Assembly: GCA_951406725.2 (NCBI GenBank) | Contig: OX597816.1 | Coordinates: forward strand, 92,566,001 to 92,630,000 | Source of the DNA: Octopus vulgaris | Lineage: Eukaryota | Direction of reading: 5' to 3' | DNA length: 64,000 nt | Shown: piece after piece, positions 1-13,763 of the stretch | Position numbering within the stretch: position 1 is the first letter of the stretch | How the letters are laid out: every line of letters begins with the position of its first letter | The notes under the pieces: model-generated | What the model saw: the letters and a program-made list of their open reading frames with translations, nothing else | Databases searched by the model: none | What the model was told of the DNA's origin: nothing | Translations under genes and position numbers: made by a program

Positions 1-33
1 TAAGAGGTGATTTAAACAATTCCATGACAGCAA

Positions 34-546
34 TCTATATATATAAAACTCTAGTTGTCTGAGTGTCTGTCCCCTTCGATTTAGATTCCTAACTACTCCC
101 ACATTTTGCGGTGCAGTTTAACCAAATTCGGGTATCTTATAGTCGTGATTCATATCGAGCCCGTCTGGCTATTAGCGCGCATCTACGATGAGTCTACGAT
201 TTTAAAAATAATTTAACATCATTTTTTATTCCATTTTAATGCATAACTTTTCGTGTGTCGATGGCGGCGGAGTTAGCGTCCACGCTCACATCTGCACCTG
301 TTTGCTTCTACCCCTTTTTCCCTCCCTCGTGAAGCTGTGGGGAAGGGAGTGTAAGGAAATCAACGTCGTAAAGCGTTGTCAAGGAGACCAGCGTTCTTTT
401 AGAACAACGACTTCATGGCTTGAAGACACCAAAACAGAAATGGCTAAGAAAGCCCGAATTGGCATCTATAAGGGAAGTAACTCTCTAAAAATGCTTATAT
501 AGTTATTTCCCTTACAAACCGGAGCAACGCCGGGCGATACTGCTAG
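34..546 (+). mobile_element. Non-autonomous Helitron
   Basis: Begins A|TCTATATATATAAAA and ends CCGGAGCAACGCCGGG (subterminal hairpin) ...TGCTAG|T. Canonical 5'-TC and 3'-CTAG ends between A and T, no TSD. Confidence 0.85.
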
Positions 547-1954
547 TATAGCATAATTGTATTTTACTTTCCTTTTATTGCAAATAATATATGAAGATGA
601 GAAATACATATTAAGTTTCAGTAATTACACACCTGTATTCACCTATGTCCCACGTGTAACACGTGAGCTTTCTTAGTAGATATATTCTGTTATGTAAATG
701 CACTCATTAAATTGTATAGAAGTACATTGTCAATATTATATTGACTAGTTTTGTACTTCATTTTCAATGAAAATTTTTGAATGAAATATAGAGAAAAAAT
801 AAAATCTTGTACTGATTATAATGGCATTTTAATTACTTCAAATCAATGCACTTGATTTTGAAAAGTGGTAAAATTGTCCAGGGATGAAATCTGGGATAAT
901 TTTAGTAACAAATCAAACAGTTAAGATACATGAAAGGTTTCAATTTTAATGTTTATCAATAAAGTTATTGCTTTTACACCTGTTAAATAATGTTACCTAC
1001 GTATAGACGTCATCTTTAACCAAAGAGATCAGCTAAAATTACATGACTGTAAGCGTTTGGAATTTAAGCCACTCCTCTTGAATCTGATCAAATGAATATA
1101 ATGTGAATATATAAGCATTATAGGTGACAGATTAATCTGACTACTAAAGGTCTAAAGAGACTGAAAGGCATGAATTACCCTGCCTCTAGATTTCGTCAGT
1201 TGAACGCCTGATGGAGAATAAGCAATACTATATTTTTGGATTGTTTGACAATCCAAGAAGGGAAAGCCGTTTCCTTAAACAATGCATTTACTGAACAGGC
1301 ATGGTCACATCCGCATTATTTTCTTATTGGAAACAAACAGCCGTCTGTCATTATATGTGCGTATCTCACCGTTGCTGCTAACATCTTCCATGGATATTAT
1401 GTATTGGTTTAAGCAATCTCCTTTTTCACTAGCAGCCTCTGGATTGGCGGGAAATTAGTTAAAAAAGTTGTAGAAGAAATGTAGTTAAATGCTCATAATA
1501 TCCTAGTTTCTTGCAGGGAAAATATCATATTTAAGGAGTGTTCATAGTTTTCTAGTGATTTCCTTCTCATTAAAATTTTCACAACTTCTGTTACACGTGG
1601 GTTTTTCCCAACGAGATTAACTTAAACTTACAAGTCGGTCATTTTTCATTAATGTTCCTCTCATAGGCTCATTAAATATATACTCCTTTAATTTCTCACA
1701 GGAAATTATCCACATAAAATAGAAAATCGAAGTGATTTAAGAAGGAGCAAATGCTTGCAAAAATTACTGGGCCCATTAAAAAGATTTAGCATGTAACAAG
1801 TTGTATTTATCTTCTGGTTTTGATAAATTTAATTAATATTAACCTTGGGCCGAAGGGTCAGTAATGAAGCAGAAGATTCGTCTTCTCGCTGCGACACTCA
1901 CAAAAAAACATAAACTATCATGAAACACTATATATATATATATATATATATCGG

Positions 1955-1994
<40 letters not shown>

Positions 1995-2106
1995 ATAATA
2001 ATATATATATAATAATATATATATAATAATAATAATAATATTACGGAGTAAATCCAAACTTACAGGGAAAAATTAGATTTAGGATTAAATCCAATTTTAT
2101 AGTATA

Positions 2107-2272
2107 AATATATTATATTAAATTAGAGATAAAACCTCTATTAGGCAAATCAAACAGTGAAAATCATAAGCCAATACATAGAAAAAAAACTAATTTAAAA
2201 AATATAAAAGTTAAAATTTAAAAAATATTTAAATAATTTAAACTTCTAAATTTTAAATATATATATATATAA

Positions 2273-2338
<66 letters not shown>

Positions 2339-3548
2339 GTATATTTTTCTATTATTTTATTTATTTATTTATTTATTTTTATTTTTTTACTTTTTTTAAA
2401 AAATTATATAAATATCAAAAAGTATTAAAAGTTTAATAAAAGATAAATAGTAAAAACACTAAGATCGTTTCATGGCTGTAACCAATTCGAATAACAATAA
2501 TTTAAATTCAATTAATAACTCGAATTATGGTTACAGTCAATCTTCAGGTTAATTGAAATATTTTAATAAATGATCAGAAATATTTAAACAATATTTTTAA
2601 GAAATAAATAATATAATAATTATACTTATAAAAAAACTCTATTATCAAACTAGAAACTTAAAACTTAACGATTATGATTATATCAAACATCTGTTATAAT
2701 GTTAAATATTAATTTTAATTTTTAAGTATTAATTTTTAAGGTAAGAAACCCACCAATAATCTACTATCTGTAATAGTCAATATCTAATTACATAAATAGT
2801 TTACAAAAAAAAATTACTATTATATATAGATTATCAATGAAAATATATAAATGTATATAAATATTATAATTAAGATCTAAAATAATCTCTATAAATAAAT
2901 ATACATGCACATATAATAAAGACCTAATAAATTAATCTTTCATATTTAAAGATGAAATAGCTAAGTTCAAAAATACAAACAAACATTCTTAAACGAACGC
3001 TATAGCAAATTAACTATCTTTATATCTCGTTGGCTAAATAATAACTGTCGGAAATCTTATATTTAAAATACTTAAAGAAATAATCAATTCGTAGTTATAT
3101 AGTATCAAATAAATACTATAAATACTATAAATATATTTATCAATGGGAATAAAACTAGCAAATATCAATTTAAAAAGATAATATATAAGTTAAAATAATA
3201 ATTATAAGAAATTTAAAACTACAATTAATGCTATTAATACATGTATATACATAAACCTAACTTTAAACAACTCGTATACTTGCTATCAAACAACATATCT
3301 ATCGCTAAGTAAAATCTTACGAATAAACTTAAAGTTGATATCTAATAATTATATAGAAAATTACGATAATTAGATCATTACATAAACAACGATATTTACA
3401 TAAAAAAACAATATTATTACACCAAAGACTTATAAACTATTAAAATTAAAAATTTTTTAACTTAATTTTATTTCTATGTATTGGCTTATGATTTTCACTG
3501 TTTGATTTGTCTAATAATGGTTTTATCTCTAATTTAATATAATATATT
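2107..3548. mobile_element. Very AT-rich element with ~78-bp terminal inverted repeats, probably Penelope-derived
   Basis: 2107-2184 is the near reverse complement of 3471-3548. An internal hammerhead-like motif lies at 2456-2555. Flanked by (TA)n/(TAA)n tracts. Confidence 0.6.
2456..2555 (-). ncRNA. Degenerate type I hammerhead ribozyme with long stem II
   Basis: Minus strand reads CTGAAGA-t-tgactgtaacca...tggttacagcca-t-GAAA-cga-TC. Core boxes intact, stem II long, stems I and III imperfect. Confidence 0.5.
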
Positions 3549-3551
3549 ATA

Positions 3552-3649
<98 letters not shown>

Positions 3650-4756
3650 CTAGCAGTATCACCCGGTGTTGCTTGGGCTTGTTTCGACCCTTTAGAATTG
3701 GAATTTTTGAAAAGTAAAACTTTCGCATTATGCAACTTGTTATTCTCTTCAAGTGGACCTTTTTCCAGTTGAAATACACCGAAAAATGGTGACACAGCAG
3801 TCAAAAATCGTAAAAAATAGAGATTTTTATAGAAACAAAAGCACCTTTTTGATGTAAATAATTTTTGGTGTTAACATGGTCCGATTTAAATTTTATCTTC
3901 TACAGAATGGAGAGCAAGCCTTCTATCATACTCTCAATGTTGGTCAAATAGCGCTGCAGGTCTCGAAGGAGATAGTGTTAGTTGAAGGCTACCACACCTG
4001 TCATACACAGACAACTTCAGATTTATATATATAGATTTGCTACACACTACTTTCCATCCTTAATAATGAAACTTGGTAGATCCAAAAGTTAAACACACAG
4101 TTACACACACAGATACACATACAGACACACAGGTTGAGTTTTATATATATAGATTTCTCAACGGGGATTTCAGGTGAGAGTTTCAGGGAGTCGCTGGTGA
4201 TGTATCGTGATGATCAAAAATCCGGCCTTCTAAAATTTGGTTAAAGTGATTCAAACTGCAGACTCAACGCGAAATGGTCACATTTAATTCAAAGCGTTAA
4301 AAATGTTATGAAAACAATTAGTATGTGTTCACAAAGTCCAAACGATTAATACGAAAAAACCCTCCAGGCTACATCCCGAAAATTCATTTCTTTGCCGAAT
4401 TTCTACAATGTTTACGGCGATTCGTTTTTATATCTTGATTTTTTTATTTTTCATGCAATTTACGCATGCTTGCACGCGTGGTGAACACAGTTCACGTCAA
4501 ACAGCTGACTGAGTAAAGTTCACTATTCAATGCATGGGATAAGGCCTAAACAAACACATTATCGATTTTTGCACTTGCGAGATGAATTTCGGAACAGAAA
4601 TAGCGCAGTTCAATTTTCATTCGCCTAAACTTTAAGTGACCCATTTTTGTGGTTCTACGATTTGTTGGCTAGGAGGGGATGTGCCGGGAAGTTAAACACA
4701 CAGACACACACACAGATACACACACAGTCACACAAGTTGAGTTTTATATATATAGA
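3650..4756 (-). mobile_element. Composite non-autonomous Helitron (one 3' end, three 5' ends)
   Basis: Minus-strand 3' end CCCAAGCAACACCGGGTGATACTGCTAG|T matches the end of the 34-546 element. TCTATATATATAAA 5' termini at 4035, 4153 and 4756. Confidence 0.75.
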
Positions 4757-4794
4757 TATATATATATAGCTTTTGCTGATGCAGACCATCTCTG

Positions 4795-5232
4795 GTTTCC
4801 TCGGACTTTGTCATCACCGTCTTCTTCATCATTTAACTTCCGTTGTCCATGCTGGTATGGGTTTGACCAGGGATGGTAAGATGAGGGGATGCACTAGACA
4901 CCAGTCTGATTTGGCATGGTTTCTACGGTTAGATGCCCTTTCTAACGCCAACCATTCAGAGACAGGGCTCCAGTTATGTAACATGGGCATCGGTCACATT
5001 GCCTCCGTGAGGCCCAGCGCTCGAATGGAGCTTTGTACGTGCCACCGGCACGGGTGCCTGTTACGCGACACTTGCATCGTTCACATTACTTCCGTGAAAC
5101 CCAGCGCTCGAATAGTGCTTTGTACGTGCCTGTTAAACGACACCGGCATCGGTCACATTGCTTCCGTGAGGCCCAGCGTTCAACTCGTGCTTTTTACGTG
5201 CCAGTTACGTGACACCAGCGTCAGCCACGATT
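4795..5232 (-). mobile_element. Short retroposon/SINE-like element with an internal 3-copy tandem repeat
   Basis: TTTCTACGGTTAGATGCCCTTTCTAACGCCAACC resembles RTE-associated short-element motifs (from recall). The unit CGGTCACATTGCCTCCGTGAGGCCCAGCG...TACGTGCC recurs at 4991, 5078 and 5150. Confidence 0.55.
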
Positions 5233-5716
5233 ATATGTGTGCATATATATGTATATTCATGTGTCTATACGTACGTATGAATTCATGTATATATGTATGT
5301 GATGTGGAAGGTAATTGGATTATTTGTATAATCCTCAAGTAACTGTGCTGGCAAGAAAAATGTGATGTCAGTTTTCTTTGTTTGCAACTAAGCTAGCTTC
5401 GTTACTTAATCGCTCGATATTATTAATTAGATAAATGGAACAAAAAGGTAGAAATTAATTAAGAAATGTATTAACTGTGTAATGAAAAGCCTCTAAATTA
5501 AATTAAATCTTAGACAAAAAATATCACTTTTATGCATTTTAATCTGACAGGAAAGATATTTTAGATATAACTCATAGCTCATAGCGACGTGGAACCACCA
5601 GTTTAAATGCAACACTATACTTACGTATAATTATGTGTGTATATATATGTATGTGTATGTATGCGTGAATGTGTATTTGTATGTATGTGTATGTGTTTCT
5701 ATGTATATGCGTGTGT

Positions 5717-6057
5717 GAATGCATGTTTTCTTCGAGATTTAAAATCTTTCCTCTGCAGAATGTTTAAGTCGGTCACTAACATATTGACAAGCACTTTAAA
5801 TGAAATTTACCCATAAAACTTGTGACTATACGAATTTGTTGGGGCGTTCATTCTAGTGTGTGGGAATGGGCATGGCTCTGGAGAATCCTCCTGATATCTT
5901 AGTAATTTACAATGTACTACTAATATATCACATTAAGAAAATGCGAATCACCAAGTTCTATGGGTAAATTTCATTTAAAGTGCTTGTCACCATCTTAGTG
6001 ACCGACTTAAACATTCTGCAGAGGAAAGATTTTAAATCTCAAAGGAAACATGCATTC
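5717..6057. mobile_element. Foldback/MITE with ~110-bp inverted arms
   Basis: 5717-~5826 is the near-perfect reverse complement of ~5948-6057, with a ~120-bp spacer. Confidence 0.8.
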
Positions 6058-6065
6058 CCACAGAC

Positions 6066-6420
6066 GCAGGAGTGGCTGTGTGGTAAGTAGCTTGTTTACC
6101 AACCACATGGTTCCGGGTTCAGTCCCACTGCGTGACACCTTGGGCAAGTGTCTTCTGCTATGGCCTCGAGCCGACCAAAGCCTTGCGAGTGGATTTGGTA
6201 GACGGAAACTGAAAGAAGCTCGTCGTATATATGCATATATATGCATGTGTGTGTGTTTGTGTGTGTGTTTGTCCCCCTAGCATTGCTTGACAACCGATGC
6301 TGGTGTGTTTATGTCCCCGTTACTTAGCGGTTCGGCAAAAGAGACCGATAGAATAAGTACTGGGCTTACAAAAGAATAAGTCCTGGCGTCGAGTTGCACG
6401 ATTAAAGGCGGTGCTCTAGT
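6066..6420 (+). mobile_element. tRNA-derived SINE (family A)
   Basis: Head GGAGTGGCTGTGTGGTAAG...GGTTCAGTCCC with A/B-box-like motifs and an internal TA/TG microsatellite. Near-identical copies at 48802 and 56674. Confidence 0.9.
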
Positions 6421-6952
6421 AAAAGAGAGAGAGAGTAAAGAGAGTATACATAGTTCCATTTGGGAAAATACCAAAATTCAGGGTCTTTTATGCCTGTTGC
6501 TATACATAACCTATGTATAAGAACAGTATAATTTTCATTAGTGCCCCATAGATTTTCCCCTTTCCTTAAATTTTCAACGGATAGTTTCGCATATCCCAGG
6601 AAATTGTTTACTAAAACACTGCCTGTGCATTCATCTGTCTTCATGTGTATATGTGCATATATATGTATGTCACTATTCAGTTTATTTCAAGATTTCTTGC
6701 CAATAGAGAAAGAACCGGTTTCTAACCAAGATCCAAGCTCCTTCATTGGAATTTCAACATAAAAAACAGGGTATCTTTGCATGTATGTATGCATGCATGT
6801 ATGTATGTATGTATGTATGTATGTATGTATGTATGTATGTATGTATGTATGTATGTATGTATGTATGTATGAATGTATGTATGTATGTAGGTATGTGCAG
6901 ATTTGTATGTTTTATGCATGTATTCTCACGCATATGGTAACATATCTAGACA

Positions 6953-7020
<68 letters not shown>

Positions 7021-7270
7021 AAAGTTTATTATCCAACAGAATGTGGCAGTCTTATACAAGGACGATGTTACTGTTGTTTAGCCTCAGGAAAAATCTTTTC
7101 CAGCTGGCTGTCGACACACAGTTTGTGTCCGTATAGTGTAAGCAAGGGAGGTCATCGCTCCCATCACTACCCCTACGTGATACTCATATGTATGCGCACG
7201 CACACACACATATAGTTATATGTGTATGGGCATTTATTTATAATTTTATATCTATATGTATAATTGTATG

Positions 7271-7317
<47 letters not shown>

Positions 7318-8003
7318 ATGAGTATATTTATAGTTATATTTGTATGTATAAGCACGCACGTGGACACACTCATACACATAACATATATGGACGGTATATA
7401 CAATTGTGTAACCCATGAAACTAGAGGCGAGTTTCATATAGCTTAAAAGCCTTAGTGAAATATGAAATTAAAATATCTTAATATATATGAGTATATTTCC
7501 ACAAAGATTTCAAACTTTGATTTCATAAATCCTAACTGAATATATTGACGTCTTCACATTCTTTGCAGCCTGTGAACATCGTGATTTGTTAAGTTATGCC
7601 AGTTCATATGCTTTTAACTTGGCACAGAATATTTCATTCACGTTTCGTACATCTTGAATAAATCAGTTCCTTAAGACTCGCTATTTTGGTGAATGTACAC
7701 AGGCCTTCAGAAAACACTGAGTCGTATATTGCACGAAATACTCTCAGATATTCATCGAAATTTGTCGAATAGTATATATCTCGTTGCAGTGTCACAAGTA
7801 AATAATTCTTCATCGTGCTATGAACCAAGATGAATTATATCCTCTAACCATTTCAGGTTATTGAATTTGACCAAACATTGCAATTAAGACAAATGTGTTT
7901 ACTGAATCAGCAATTAATTTGTCCTACAGAATCGGACCAACAAGAAATTTACGAAATTTAGTATTGCTTGCACATGTCTCCACACACACAAAATATTGCA
8001 TTT

Positions 8004-8040
<37 letters not shown>

Positions 8041-9038
8041 ACAGACACACACATATATTTACATATATGTGTACGTGTGTATATATATGTATGCATTTAT
8101 CCATAAGCGTGAATTATATACATAAGTATTATAACGTAATATTGAGCAAATCAGCATGGCCTAGCACAATATTAAAAAAAAAATCTTGCCAATAAAATAT
8201 ACTAACATATAATTAGAACCAAATTTCAAAGTTTTTACTGTTATGCAGAAAATAATAATGACTGTCCTTGTAAAAATAGTTTCATTATGTAACAAAAACG
8301 GGTGATATATATAAGCTCACCCCAAAAGAATGTAATTTGGAATTTGTAAATAACAATCCAAACGATTACATTGTTTTGTCTTATCTTTTGTCTCATATAA
8401 ATGTTATACGCAATGTAGGCTTTCTTTTAATTCTATTTGTCATAGCAGGTTCTAAATGTCGAGCAAAATTTGCCCTTACTGATGTTTGCAGACGTGTAAA
8501 ACTTATCTGAAAAATCTAATTGAGTATTTAGTGCCAGGACTGCGAAAGGTCAGAATCTGTAAGTTCATAAAATATGATGTCTACTATATTTTGCAAGTAT
8601 TATTTGGTAATTTTTGAAAACATAATCTTTTACAACAAAGTAATCACTCGACGTGCAGAGTTTCTGACTAAACGTGATTTATTAAAACTAGGATTAAAAT
8701 AAACTTTACGCGCATACTTTCCAAAACATAAATTTTCCTTCTACATATCTTTAGATGTTCCTATTTGTATAAAGTAATATAAGGTTGCATTGCTTTTAGC
8801 ATACTCGATAAGAGTACTTCTACCGTGTGTGGAGATGAATGCTCTTGAAATGGATTTATTACCGCACCACCTTATTTCAGGACATTTTCTTACTTTAGAG
8901 CTGAAACATTTTAAAGATATTTAAAGATACATTGGTATGCATGCATATATGCACATATATATGTCTATACATGTATGTATAATCTGTGTGTGTGTGAGTT
9001 TATATAGGTATTTATATATGTGTATATATATATGTATA

Positions 9039-9080
9039 CTAGCAGAGATACCTGGCTTTGCTCGGTATTAAAATGGCATA
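9039..9080 (-). mobile_element. Helitron 3' terminus (fragment)
   Basis: Minus strand CCGAGCAAAGCCAGGTATCTCTGCTAG|T, homologous to the other Helitron 3' ends. No 5' end located. Confidence 0.55.
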
Positions 9081-11952
9081 GTTTCTATATTTGAAACATG
9101 TCATATGGGAAAGTGCAGCATTGACAACAAAGCAGTTGTGGAGTAAATGGTGGGCTTATTCGACTAAGCAACATGCTATGTATTCGTTTGGAGCATTTCA
9201 GGCCCTAATCTGTCGTGTAAAATTGCAAATATTTCAACGGCGTTCACTCCTTTCTACTATCTTGTCGATCTCTATATTTATTACTTCGCCTTTTCCTCAA
9301 ATTTCTGTTTATTTTTTAATGAATATTGCCCACTTTTCTTTACTTTCTATACATCCTAGTAATTTTTCGTTCTGATTGTTAGTTAATTAGTTTTTTCCTT
9401 CTTATTTCCACTAACATTGTGTATGTCTTTGTAATTGCATATATATTCTTTCAAACCATTGGCTCTTTTGCGCTCCCTCCTCAATTATCTCTTAATTTAT
9501 CTGGACTGACCCTCACCTTCTTCCCCCCAATTTCAACTTAGCTGGCTCATCATAGAAACTTTGATCCGCTTCTTTTCACCTCACTATTCTACATATCCAC
9601 CAGCTCATCTGCCACCTCTTCTTTCCTCACATCAACTGTTCATCATAACTTCCCAGGTCTTCCATCTCTTACGGACAATCTTATGCTCGTGATATTAAGG
9701 CCTTAGTCTCTCACCTACAACAAGGCGACAGTGTCCTTAACGTTATATACTTCAATATTTATAGGAATAAATTCTAAGAACTAAAGTCTTATATTTGTAC
9801 TGATGAATCGTAAACTCATTCAGTATGTCAGATAAATTTTCAGTTGTTTCAGACGAACTTGCATCGAAGGAGTTTCATCCGGAACCATCACATTTCCTAT
9901 TTTCAGACATAGTATATTTAAGATCACACCAACCATTGTGTCCTTTCTTTACCGGGATTGATTCGAGAATGATTTGACTGCTTGAACTTCTTTGTTCGAA
10001 TTGTTCAAGGTTATGGTATGTTTGTTACACTACCACTAACACAGTGAACAAGTAACTCACATTAATTTACATGGAGTTGAAATCCAATGAAAACAAAAAC
10101 CCTGCGAAGCTAATTTCCGTTCTCGTTCCAAAATAACATGATAGATTTTGCACATATTTTATACGGTGCACCTTCCATTACTTCCCTATAAATTTTGTAT
10201 TCATTAACCATATCTCGCTACTATGTTGTTCCATATAGATTACACATGCTACACACAAGAGAATCTCTTTCGCTTTAGATACATTTCTAGGAAGAATAGT
10301 ATTAGCTCTATTTGTATAGCGTTAATTCTGTGTGGTAGTTAACACACGTATTATGGAACACAATGTTACTTCAATAAGCTTTTCTTAGATATCTTAATTG
10401 TTGTAATTACTAGTGTGTGCGTACATGTCGCGAGCATAATTCCTTTAGTTTCTTCTAAATGGTGTCTCTGACGCATGAAACACTTTTATGAATTTTCAAA
10501 GAACATTCGCGTATATTCAATTTAGCTTCTACATAGGTGAAGCTTTGTATGAGACCAATCGACAGCTGATAGATTAAAATAAGCTAATGATTGCAGTTCT
10601 TGAAATCTCTTGCCAATGTAGGTATAATATACTATCATTAGTATTCTATTACTAAACTATTATATGTAGCTGAAAATGAAGTAAGTTGGTCAGCATGATA
10701 AATCTCTCATCCTCATGTTTCTAAATCGATACATATTGAATGGCCGTTATTATACTGAATACATTTTCTAATGAAACGCATTGAGTGGAATAAATGAAAA
10801 TACGAAAATAAAGATTGAAACCCTTGGCTTCAATAAAAGGGATTTCAAATTTAAACACAAGGCCAGAAATTTTGAAGAAAAATTCTAGTCAATTATTTCG
10901 CCTCCAGTACTTAACTGGCTTTATTTTAAAGACGTCAGAACAATGAAAACCGAAGTCGACCCTGACAGTTTTGGAACACAAGGGATTGTAAGTAAATACT
11001 GCAACAACGTCTTTAGTCCGTTCGCTTGATATTAGCAGCAGCCTACCAAGCTGCAGTAACAATGTATACAGTATAAATATAGCATTTATAGATATATCAC
11101 ATGTAAGCGCTAACGCTGATATAAAACAAAAGAAATATTAAAACGAATTATAAAGAAAACAACTTACAAATACATATATGCAGGCATTAGTATACTCGCA
11201 CACATACACACACATGCAGAAGACATCACAGGGAACCATAACATAAATATTTTAAAAAAATTAGCTTGTTGCTTCTTTTCAAATATTCAAAATGCAGTAA
11301 ACAATGGGAGAAGGAGAAAACCATATGTTATTTTTCCACATGTTATATACGAGTGTTTATGATTCTTTTTTTCGTAAATAGAATCTAATCTATGTTTATC
11401 TACAACGACAATGTACAAGAAATTACTTTGAAAAGTGAATTCAAATGCAACGGATGCCGGAGTTGCTGAATATGTGAATATTATGTCAATTATAAATAGA
11501 AAACGGTTTCAGGATTTAGACTCAAAGCCAGCTATTTTGAGGTGTGTTCATCCGGAAGATATAAAAAACAACGTTGACCTAGGCTAGATGTGAACTCACA
11601 GATTAAAGATATTTCTCCCGACGCCCTAAACAGTTTATCAGCTCGCTGCCTTATGAATGATTGCTTTATATATTGTCACGAGGCCATTGGAGAGGGAAAT
11701 TTCCAGGACGTAATTTGTCACGTTTGTGCATTGTCGTAACTTTCTCCTTGAACATATTGTCTACAGAGCCATCATTGTTGTGGGTGACGGGTAGATTTTA
11801 CCATAAAGATAAATAGAAATCCTTTTGACTTTGGGTCAAAATAAGGGGGTATCTAGGAGGCGATGGAACGAACAAACTATGTGAAATACGAAGATATCTA
11901 TATTTGTTTTAGTGGATGGCGTTGTATTAATTCAAATATGAATGAGAAGCAG

Positions 11953-12036
11953 CCCAAGGAATATAAACAATACAAACAATATCGAACACATATACCCAAG
12001 GAATATAAACAATACAAACAATATCGAACACATATA
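11953..12036 (+). repeat. Two-copy 42-bp tandem duplication
   Basis: CCCAAGGAATATAAACAATACAAACAATATCGAACACATATA repeated twice, overlapping the left arm of the adjacent MITE. Confidence 0.85.
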
Positions 12037-12392
12037 CACAAGGCATATGTATTGCCAGTTCGTATGCAGGCCGCGATTTATAGGTATGGCAGAAAATTTT
12101 CTCGTCAATACGTCTGGTGTAAAAGCACCTAGAAGTCATAGACAAGCGAGATAACTCTTCCCAAGTCCTGTTGAAGTTGTGACTTATCAAAATCACGTAC
12201 CCAAAACGAGGCCAAACTTAAACTAAGTCGCTCGCTATTGCTATATGCAAAACGACGTGAAAACCATGTGTCGGTACACCAGCTCATGGTTCTTATCCCA
12301 GGCGTATTAACGAAAAGTTTTCTCTCATGCCTATAAATCGCGGCCTGCCTACGAACTGTAAATATGTGTTCGATATTGGTTAGTTTTGTATT
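12011..12392. mobile_element. MITE with ~60-100-bp inverted repeats
   Basis: CAGTTCGTATGCAGGCCGCGATTTATAGG... (from ~12056) versus ...CCTATAAATCGCGGCCTGCCTACGAACTG (to ~12358). Outer inverted segment CAATATCGAACACATAT / ATATGTGTTCGATATTG. Confidence 0.75.
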
Positions 12393-13515
12393 AGTTTTGG
12401 CAGTGGAAGATGCAGATAATTTTTCTAGTTGTAACAGGTATGCTATTAGCCTGTTGGTTAACATATTTGATTATTTGTAAGCTATAAAGCGATATACCTA
12501 AGGAGATGGTCATGATTGCAATTAATTCATTTAAATAGTTTAGTGCTATTTGACGAGCTCATGCTTCCTTTCCTTTACTGCTACCAAAGGGGGCTGGCAG
12601 AGATCCGTTTATAAAACCATGAAGCAATACAGTGAAAGACATGTCAAGTCATATAAGTTTTAGCTGTCTAGTTAACTTTTACGAATAAGTAAAGGGTCAA
12701 GTACATTTGCTTCTATATAAATTCATCATAAATCTCCAATCATAACTTAACTTGAAGTTCTGAAGGTTGGGGGTTAGGTCGTTTGTAAATTTTTAAAATT
12801 AGTATTGAATAAACTATTTGGTCTATCCGTTAAATTCAAAGGCTGTGATATTTTCACAGATGTATTTTGTGGCGTGGTCAAGAATTATTTGAACTTGTGT
12901 ATACCTTTAAGTAATGAAACTTAACCAGTAATGAGACGTAACCAGTAAAAATGTGAACTTAGAACTCAAAAGAACAATACTCAAAGATCGACGTTCTCAA
13001 TTCAAAATGGGAAATAGTCAAACAGTTGCAGTTAAGAGAGTTTTAAGAGCCATAGATGCATCTGCATAATTTAGAGGCACGCAAAATGGAGACTTTGTTA
13101 CCTAACTGAAAGTGCTGGTAAAACTGGATTTTAGAGCGATGATATACCACGGGCAGCAAAGATATGGATAAAAATAAAAAATTTGCGTCTCACTTAGAAA
13201 CAGAACGAGTGGTTTGTATATTAGTAAGAGCTGATGGCCTCTATTCTGGTTAAGATTTGTATAAGATTTAAATTAGACCGCGTATGCAAAAACACAATAA
13301 TAGAGAAGGATAACTCAACGGTTATAATATTGGATAGACACTAAAGTTGGCTAAATGTAAAAGTAAAAGTCTAGAAGTGATATAAATTGCTAAAAACAAC
13401 TACTCACGAAGAATCAATTGAATGAACTAACATCCTGAACTGTGAAAAACGCATTCTTTCATAATTTAAGCTAAATCTTTAAATGTTATTTTGGCGAGAT
13501 TAGATTTCACTTCTT

Positions 13516-13763
13516 TTAGTGTTGCTGATCATGTTTGACAGTGTAGTTGGTTTAGAACTGTGAAACATAATGCAATGGATGACTAATAGTAAGTAGATAA
13601 TTGTAGAGTGAGGAAAAAAAAAAGATTTAGGTGGAAGAATGGTTAATTCTTCCAAGTGTTCTTTTGTTCTCTCTATAGTTATCTACTTACTATCAGTCGT
13701 TCATTAAATTATGTTTCAGAGTTCTAAACTCAGAACGCCGTCAAACACGATCGGCAACACTAA
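13516..13763. repeat. ~250-bp foldback palindrome
   Basis: ~95-bp arms TTAGTGTTGCTGATCATGTTTGAC... / ...GTCAAACACGATCGGCAACACTAA with an inner GGAAGAAT/ATTCTTCC stem. Confidence 0.85.

Noticed and set aside
4991-5225. CRISPR-like repeat array
   Set aside because: Eukaryotic context, no unique spacers and no cas genes. It is a tandem repeat within a retroposon.
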